Under the pieces are notes generated by a model that saw nothing but the letters and a program-made list of their open reading frames with translations, ran no database searches and was not told the DNA's origin. A stretch of 64,000 bases of DNA from Octopus sinensis (taxonomy: Eukaryota), in contig NC_043000.1 in the NCBI RefSeq assembly GCF_006345805.1, positions 106,826,001-106,890,000 on the forward strand, in the 5' to 3' direction. A program made the translations under genes and the position numbers. The number at the start of each line of letters is the position of its first letter. Within the stretch, counting starts at the first letter, position 1. Below, piece after piece: positions 56,536 through 64,000 of the stretch.

Positions 56536-57047
56536 GGTTTCTGATTTTAACTAATTAGCAGTGTTATGTACATTACTTAGACTTGGTATAAAAGGTGAGC
56601 TACAGCAAATACTCTGCTCAGTACCACAGATTTGCTTGTCAGTTGTTTGACCTTAACCAGTTGAGTATGTCCCTTAGTGGCTAGCAGTATGTGCATCTCT
56701 GATCATGAGCAGAAGTAGTGGGGGAATATTATAGCCATGTGTTGAGAGGAATTCTTTGGAGTTTGACTAATTCCCCTCTGGGTGTTTTGTCCAACATCCT
56801 TAAACAGCCCTTATTCAGGGACCTTTAGAGTGGGATGGACTACACGATCTGAAGAAAATTCTAACTGGGCTCCACCTGAAAGATCATGTGTTGTTAATTT
56901 TGATATGATATCACCATGTCGCGCACACATGGTTTTGATGCATGTGCCTGGTGTACCTTGATCAGACGAGTAGTCATGACGGGTATACAGGGCTTCGTAT
57001 ATTTTACCCAGTGTCACATTGATGGCATGCACTGTGCTCTCACTCAA
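56536..57047 (+). mobile_element. (TAA)n-associated repeat, copy 3
   Basis: Colinear with 45802-46272 from about 56587; ends ctcactcaataataataat. The left boundary is uncertain. Confidence 0.8.
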
Positions 57048-57073
57048 TAATAATAATTATAATAATAATAATT

Positions 57074-57352
57074 CCTCGGCGGAATTTGAACTCAGAACGT
57101 AAAGACAGACGAAATACCTATTTCTTTGCTACCCACAAGGGGCTAAACACAGAGAGGACAAACAAGGAGAGACAAATGGATTAAGTCAATTATATCGACA
57201 CCAGTGAGTAACTGATACTTATTTAATCGACCCCGAAAGGATGAAAAGCAAAGTCGACTTCGGGCGGAATTGGAACTCAGAACGTAGTGGCAGACGAAAT
57301 ACGACTACGCATTTCGCCCGGCGTGCTAACGTTTCTGCCAGCTCGCCGCCTT
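57074..57352 (-). mobile_element. SINE family S1
   Basis: Head, one body and a partial second unit. Confidence 0.85.
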
Positions 57353-57959
57353 TTTAATAATAATAACGACAACAACAACAACAAAAACAACAACAACAAC
57401 AAAAACAACAACAACAACAATAATAATAAGGAAAGAAGAAGGAGGAGGAGGGGAGGTAGCGGAAGAGGGGTGGAGGGGAAGAGGAGGTGGAGTAGGAGGT
57501 AGAGGAGGAGAAGCGGGAGGATGAGCATGAGGAGAAAGGGAAGAACGAAAAAAAATAAGGAAGAGATTAGGAAATTAAACTGGCAAGACAGTAAAAGACT
57601 AAAAGAAACAATGTAAAGATTCTAAGCTATTTCTTACACACAGGCAAAGAAAATTGAAATAGAACTAGCGAGAGAGAGAAAGATGGATAGAGAGCCAGAA
57701 TGAATAGAGAGAAAGAGAAACAGACAGACAGACAGACAGACAAACGGAGAGCTAGAATGAATAGAGAGGGAGAGAAAGAAACCCAGCACAACAAAGAATA
57801 GTAAGAGTTGTCTAGTATATACGTACATAAAGAATCGGACTGATCTTTATCGTATAGTTGTAAGCAAGGTTTTTTACACATGCATACGAATCGCTTTGTC
57901 AAGAAAAATAACACGTATGTTACACTAACAGGCACACAACGAAACACACGCACGCGCAC

Positions 57960-58054
57960 CTACACATGCACCCATGTATATATTTGCACATGATGATGCT
58001 CACATATGTGAGTGTGTATGTGTAATGTATACAAATACCCCTATATGTATATGC

Positions 58055-58102
<48 letters not shown>

Positions 58103-58869
58103 ATAGTATATACATACCCCTAATGTATATATATACATGTATATAATATATTTATATACACACATGTATATGTATAAATATATATATATAGATGTGTGTA
58201 TGTACATATACAATATATAATATATAAATGAATGAATAAATATATATATAAATGTATATATATAAATTCTATATATACGTAAATATATTACATAATTATA
58301 AATATATATATCTAATATTATATATATACGCACACACACGCACACATATAAATATGTATGTATGTGCATGTATGTATGTGTGTATGTATGTGCATGTATG
58401 TATGTGTGTAGTATGTATGTATGTATGTATATGCATATGATGTCGTGCGTATGTGTGACAGCGTTACTCTGCGCGTGCATGTTAATTTCTTCACACAGAT
58501 TCATGTATATCTGCGCGCATCTGTGTGCATGTTATAATTGTTTGTCAATGTGCAACATAATTCCGAATAAATCGTTGATCAAAACATACATGTAAATCCA
58601 AACATATATATTACATGTGTACTCACTCATACAAAGCAACCGTGCAAAGGGGTAACACATTTTTCAAGAAGAAACTTGTGGGAATTAAGATTGCATTGAT
58701 GATAAAAATGTTTACGCAGTTTAGTCATACATGAGAAGTGTGTGTGGGGGGTGCGTGTGGGGAGTGCGTGTGGTGTGCGCGCGCGTGTGTGAGAGCGCGA
58801 ACGTGCATGAATGCAAACACACACACATGCGCATGTGTATGCATACACACACATGTAGGCATGCGTGTA

Positions 58870-58903
<34 letters not shown>

Positions 58904-59027
58904 GCCACATATACATATACTCTTGTATTTAGTCATGTCTATAGATGTCTACATATATATAGGGTCACATACACATGGCATTAGCAATACATGTATTATT
59001 ATTATTATTCAGTATATATATATGTAT

Positions 59028-59073
<46 letters not shown>

Positions 59074-59104
59074 TTGTATATATATATGTATATATATATA
59101 TATA

Positions 59105-59151
<47 letters not shown>

Positions 59152-59165
59152 TTGTTATATATATG

Positions 59166-59207
<42 letters not shown>

Positions 59208-59338
59208 AATATATATATATATATGTAATATATCATATATATATGTATATATATATATATAGATCTGTATTATATATAGATAGATAAAACTTACTTGGAA
59301 GAGAATGCGTGACATACAATCATATAATAATATAATAT

Positions 59339-59378
<40 letters not shown>

Positions 59379-59425
59379 TGCATATATACATACTTATATG
59401 TACATACTTACATTTATACGTATGT
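57960..59425. repeat. Mixed TA/TG/TATG simple repeat region
   Basis: Directly visible. Confidence 0.9.
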
Positions 59426-59429
59426 ATAT

Positions 59430-59720
59430 ATGCATATGTGGGCAAAGGACGTCATGAAACGTGTACAACAGAAAAATCGAAGTACAAGTACATGGAATAT
59501 GAACTGTTTTTACGAACAACGAAAGGCACAAATGGAAAACAAGAGAAACAACATAAAGAACGACCCTTCATTAGTTGTTGGCTGTACTTCTACTCTCGCA
59601 TTTTGAGCATTCAATAACAACGTTGTTATTAAATTCCTTGTACTCGTTATTCCAGGTTACTCGTACTGCGCATTTTTTGGTTGTAACCCGTTTTATGACG
59701 TCCTTCGCCCACATATGCAT
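59430..59720. mobile_element. Short element with long imperfect terminal inverted repeats in (TA)n
   Basis: atgcatatgtgggcaaaggacgtcatgaaacg... versus ...cgttttatgacgtccttcgcccacatatgcat. Confidence 0.7.
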
Positions 59721-59734
59721 ATATATATATATAG

Positions 59735-59773
<39 letters not shown>

Positions 59774-59983
59774 ATTCATCTCTCTCTATATAATGCCTCG
59801 GATTTTACCGAAAAAAGCATAGTGTTTACTGATTTTAACCCACGTTGGTGGAAAGGGGAGAGCAGAAATTCTTCGCTTGCATTTTTGAGTTGTTGGCACT
59901 GTTAGTTACGAGCAGATCTTCAGAAGCGATAAGAAGCCGAAAGGGTATGCTCCCACTTTCAGTGTTTTCAAATCCAAACCAGG

Positions 59984-60040
59984 GAGTTCTGATGATGATA
60001 AGAAATGTCGAGTTTGACTAATCTTGAAACGTACGTTCTC
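59984..60040 (+). ncRNA. Degenerate hammerhead motif
   Basis: GAGTT CTGATGA TGAT...ATCTT GAAAC GTAC GTT CTC; palindromic GTAC loop, stem I' shortened. Confidence 0.5.
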
Positions 60041-60316
60041 AAATAACCTTTGCATTTGATTTTTAATGTCTCTACCCCCAGATTTTCGTGAGTGAATTGA
60101 GCAAAGACTATATGAGAGAGGTTTTCTTTAAGTATTAGAAATAGTTTTTAAAAAAGTTTTTTAGCTGCTATTTCTAATGAGTTCAGTATGCGGCAAAGTA
60201 ATTATTTTACTAAGCCCTTTTATATAATGTAATAATTTGAATTCGCCTTAAATGGTCCCTTTGCATACTGAATACTGGTGAAATGATTAATTAATTAATT
60301 TTACCCTCAATTGTTG

Positions 60317-60384
<68 letters not shown>

Positions 60385-60388
<4 letters not shown>

Positions 60389-60620
60389 CGAGACAAAACC
60401 ACTATTTTAAAACCAAACAAGAAAAGACTTAATCAATACATAAAATTTTAATATAAATTATTTATTTAATTATATTTAAATTTTATGTATTGATTAAGTC
60501 TTTTTTGTTTGGTTTTAAAATAGTGGTTTTGTCTCGATTTTATATTAATAATATTTTACTATAAAATTGGATTTAACCCTAAATCTGATTTTTCCCTGTA
60601 ATTTTGGATTCATTCCCTAA

Positions 60621-60625
<5 letters not shown>
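60385..60625. mobile_element. Family A copy, fold-back and lacking the HHR
   Basis: cgagacaaaaccactattttaaaaccaaacaa... mirrored by ...ttgtttggttttaaaatagtggttttgtctcg; tail ...ttccctaatattt as at about 11720 and 44385. Confidence 0.8.
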
Positions 60626-60706
<81 letters not shown>

Positions 60707-60908
60707 ATATTTTCGTATAGATGTATGTACATATGTGTATGTATATATGTGTATGTATATATGCATATATATACATATATATATATGGATGGATGATATA
60801 TATATATATATATATATGGATGGATGATATATATATATATTGGTAAAACGGTAAGATAACAAAAGAAAGAAAGAGACCTCAATATTATGTAAATAGAGGA
60901 AATTTATC

Positions 60909-61117
60909 TATACAATTATATGTTACATTACTCGATAGTCAAGATAAAACTCTGAGTTTCAGATGCCGAAGTGGGAATCCACGACATCTCTTCGGTTATC
61001 TGGCTATTTGAAAACCCTATTTTCAAATAGCCAGATAACCGAAGAGATGTCGTGGATTCCCACTTCGGCATCTGAAACTCAGAGTTTTATCTTGACTATC
61101 GAGTAATGTAACATATA

Positions 61118-61125
<8 letters not shown>
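60909..61125. mobile_element. Perfect palindrome with 106-bp arms and a hammerhead motif in each arm
   Basis: 60909-61014 is the exact reverse complement of 61020-61125, loop CCCTA; + HHR 61034-61091 GATAA CCGAAGA GATGTCG...CGGCATCT GAAAC TCAGA GTT TTATC. Confidence 0.9.
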
Positions 61126-61153
<28 letters not shown>

Positions 61154-61409
61154 TTAACAAAAGAAATCCTTCAAAGGGTTGTGTTAAACATCTAATTCAC
61201 TGGTACGTCAGTTGAATACCATACAAATAATATATCATGTAATGTTATGATATAAATAAATCATTGAATTGTCAATAGTATCTCCTTATTTAATTCATAT
61301 ATATATATGTGTGTGTGTGTGTAATTCATTGAAATATACGCTAATATACATAAAGGCGTACCCGAATACTCATTCAAATTAATAAGTTTAAAACTAATAA
61401 TGGCATCAT

Positions 61410-62220
61410 GATGACGATGAGGGGGAGGAGAACGAGGAGGGGCGGAGAACGAGGAGGAGGAGAAAGAAGAGTGGATGGGAGGAGAAGAGAAAGCTAGGGG
61501 GAAGGAGAGGAGGAGGAGCAGCAGGAGGAGGATAACGACGATGAGGATAACGACGACGACAACGACGGTGATGATGATGATGATGATGATGATAGTGAAT
61601 ATGAGGAGGAGCAAGGTAGAAGGAGGAAGAGAATCAGTAAGATGGTGATGCTGATGCTGATGATGATAATCATGGTGGTCGATGATGATAAATGCTGTGG
61701 TACTAATTGTGATCGTAATGGTCCTGTTAAATTGATCATGATGATGGTGAGGAGAATAAGGATAATGGCTTTCGTGCTTTTATTGTGATGATGATGATGA
61801 TGATGATGATTGTGGTAGTGGAGGTGATGGTCATGGCGGTGATGGATACTGGTGGAAGTGACGAGAAGGATGATGATGATTGTGTGGAATGTTGGTAGTG
61901 GTGGTGGTGGTTGTGGTGGTGATGGTAGTGGTGGTGGTGGTGATGATGGTAGTGGTGGGAGAGTGAAAATGATGATGATGATGATGATGATGGTGGTGAT
62001 GGCGATCCCAATCGCAATGATTTTGCTGACGTCGACAATAGGTCACCGACAAACATCAGTCACCAATGCCCCCCACCACCACCACCCTCACTTGTACCGT
62101 GTTAAAATCAACAAACCGCAGCAATAGATATTTGCTCTGTAAACAAGGAGCATTTTTGTGGTGCAGATTAGAGGGGTGCATATATAAAAGACAGACAGAC
62201 ACATTGACAGACAGACAGGC

Positions 62221-62318
<98 letters not shown>

Positions 62319-62420
62319 TCAGATAGGTAGGTAGGTAGGTATGTAGGTAGGTATGTAGGTAGGTAGGTAGGTAGGTAGGTAGGTAGGTAGGTAGGTAGGT
62401 AGGTATAGATAAATACATAG
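61410..62420. repeat. Trinucleotide (GAG/GAT/GGT) and tetranucleotide (GACA/GATA/GGTA) low-complexity region
   Basis: Directly visible. Confidence 0.9.
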
Positions 62421-62912
62421 ATAGACAGAGAGATATATACATAATCATGGAGCAGGCAGGTTAAAAGATAGATACACAGCCAGATAGATAGATGGCCTTG
62501 TTATGTAGGTAGTTAGGTTGAAAGATAGGGAAATAAATAATTAGATAGGCCGAGAAGCATACTGATAGATATATCAATAGATAGATAATAGAGAGATAGA
62601 TAGAGAAATAAATAAATAAATAATATGATCTTGATCGATTTTATGTTATATCAATAGTAACTAGCTTTACTTATATTTATCGACCTTCTCCCACGCCGCA
62701 GCCCACGCAGAAAATGGAACAATAAAACGAGGACAGAAAGGAATTTGAACTAAGGAACACTCAAAGAGCAGGCAGGTGACTTTGTTAATCAATAGTATTG
62801 ATCTTTTACACTCAATTCAAAAGGACACTTATCTTTATTGTAAGTTTTGTTGTTCTTGTGTATTTCCTGGTATGTCCTGATCAAATATAATAACTGACAA
62901 AGGACTCACTGG

Positions 62913-63298
62913 CGTGACCGTCTAGTCAATTTCTACTCCATGGACTACATTGTCCAGAGAATATTTTAGGCTTAAGAAAGTTAGTAAGCTGTAATTTGAA
63001 TGGGGTAGGGGTTGGCTGCTATTTCTCTAAGGTCCACTCGTGACCATCCGGGATTCTTCTGTTCCAGAGACTACAGTGTCCAGTGAACACTTTAAGGTTT
63101 AAGAAAGATGGTAGATGTTGTTTTACGGAGATTTATCCGCTATTTCTAAAAGATCAAACGGGTCCCAAGCATGACCATCCAGAATACTACTATGTCACGG
63201 ACTATATTGTCAAGTGAATACTTTTAGGCTTAAGAAAGAGGGTAAGTTGTAGTTCGAGGGTCATTTGGCTGCTATTTCTATAAAGTCAAGCGACCACT
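62913..63298 (-). repeat. Three diverged tandem units of about 125 bp of a dispersed repeat
   Basis: Each unit tgacc.tc...gacta.a.tgtc.ag.gaa...taagaaag...gctatttct; the reverse complement resembles 5480-5640, 27826-27900 and 33645-33790. Confidence 0.7.
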
Positions 63299-63361
63299 TG
63301 CTTCAACACAAGTATGCTTGCGGGTTTACTTAGACGAGCCTTCGAGAAGCCTACATTTGGT

Positions 63362-64000
63362 TGTTCAATCCTGCCTGTCGGCTCTACTCCTGTAACTCAA
63401 CTTGATTTCGAGCCGGGTCGTCTGCTGCTGGAGAGGACCGATCAGGTAAAGGACCTGAGTATCTTGGTGGATTCCTCCTTTTCGCCTTCGGCCCAGTGCG
63501 TCCATGCTGCCAACAAAGCGCGCGGAATTCTGTTTTTGATTCGACGGTCATTCGGAATGCTCACAGCAGCCATATTCCTGCCACTCTATGTCACGCTGGT
63601 GAGACCCATATTGGAGTATGGGATTCAAGCCTCTTCTCCTTATCTCCTCAAAGACATACAGCACCTCGAAAGAGTCCAGAGGCTGGCTACCCGCATGGTT
63701 CATGGTCTCAAAAATTTGTCCTACGAAGAAAGGCTGAGGACGCTCGACCTTTGTTCTCTTGAAAAACGCCGCCGCCGTGGTGATCTCATTCTCGCCCACA
63801 ACATCATAAGCGGGAAGTGTAACCTCTCGAAAGAGCTGTTCTTCACTCCTGCTCCGGAGCGTCGGCTGCGGGGTCATTCCGAAAAGCTCTACCTGCGACG
63901 ATTTCATCTCAATCGAAGGAGAGGAGCTTTCTCCGTCCGGGTTGCGGATCCGTGGAACAAGCTGCCAGACGAGATGGTGAAGATGCCGACGACCGCTTTG
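63362..64000 (+). mobile_element. CR1-clade LINE ORF2 C-terminus, 5'-truncated, runs off the window
   Basis: Open frame VKDLSILVDSSFSPSAQC...LYVTLVRPILEYG...LERVQRLATRMVHGLKNLSYEERL...RRRRGDLI...RGHSEKL...FSVRVADPWNKLP. Confidence 0.92.

Noticed and set aside
61736-62127. His/Ser/Gly-rich ORFs resembling a transcription factor low-complexity region
   Set aside because: Trinucleotide repeats open in several frames, with no domain or splice evidence.
63548-63907. 119-aa minus-strand ORF
   Set aside because: It is the antisense shadow of the CR1 ORF2.

Overview
AT-rich, microsatellite-dense eukaryotic intergenic or intronic DNA. The SINE families, TA tracts and protocadherin-like remnants resemble a coleoid cephalopod such as Octopus, but the organism is inferred. 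No intact host gene was found, and nearly all listed ORFs are translations of simple repeats. Recognisable parts are many tRNA-derived SINEs, decayed DNA transposons (Tigger/pogo, two DD37D maT-like, hAT, Helitron), LINE remnants (R4/Dong-type, CR1) and two Penelope-like (PLE) coding remnants. The most striking signal is about 15 loci carrying minimal type I hammerhead ribozyme (HHR) motifs (stem I - CUGAnGA - stem II - GAAA - short, often palindromic stem III - NUH - stem I'). At least three look intact. Most sit in short non-coding elements embedded in TA or AAT microsatellites, and many are arranged as long fold-back palindromes. One element joins a tRNA-like Pol III head to a hammerhead. 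All motifs were read by eye, so boundaries of decayed elements are approximate.
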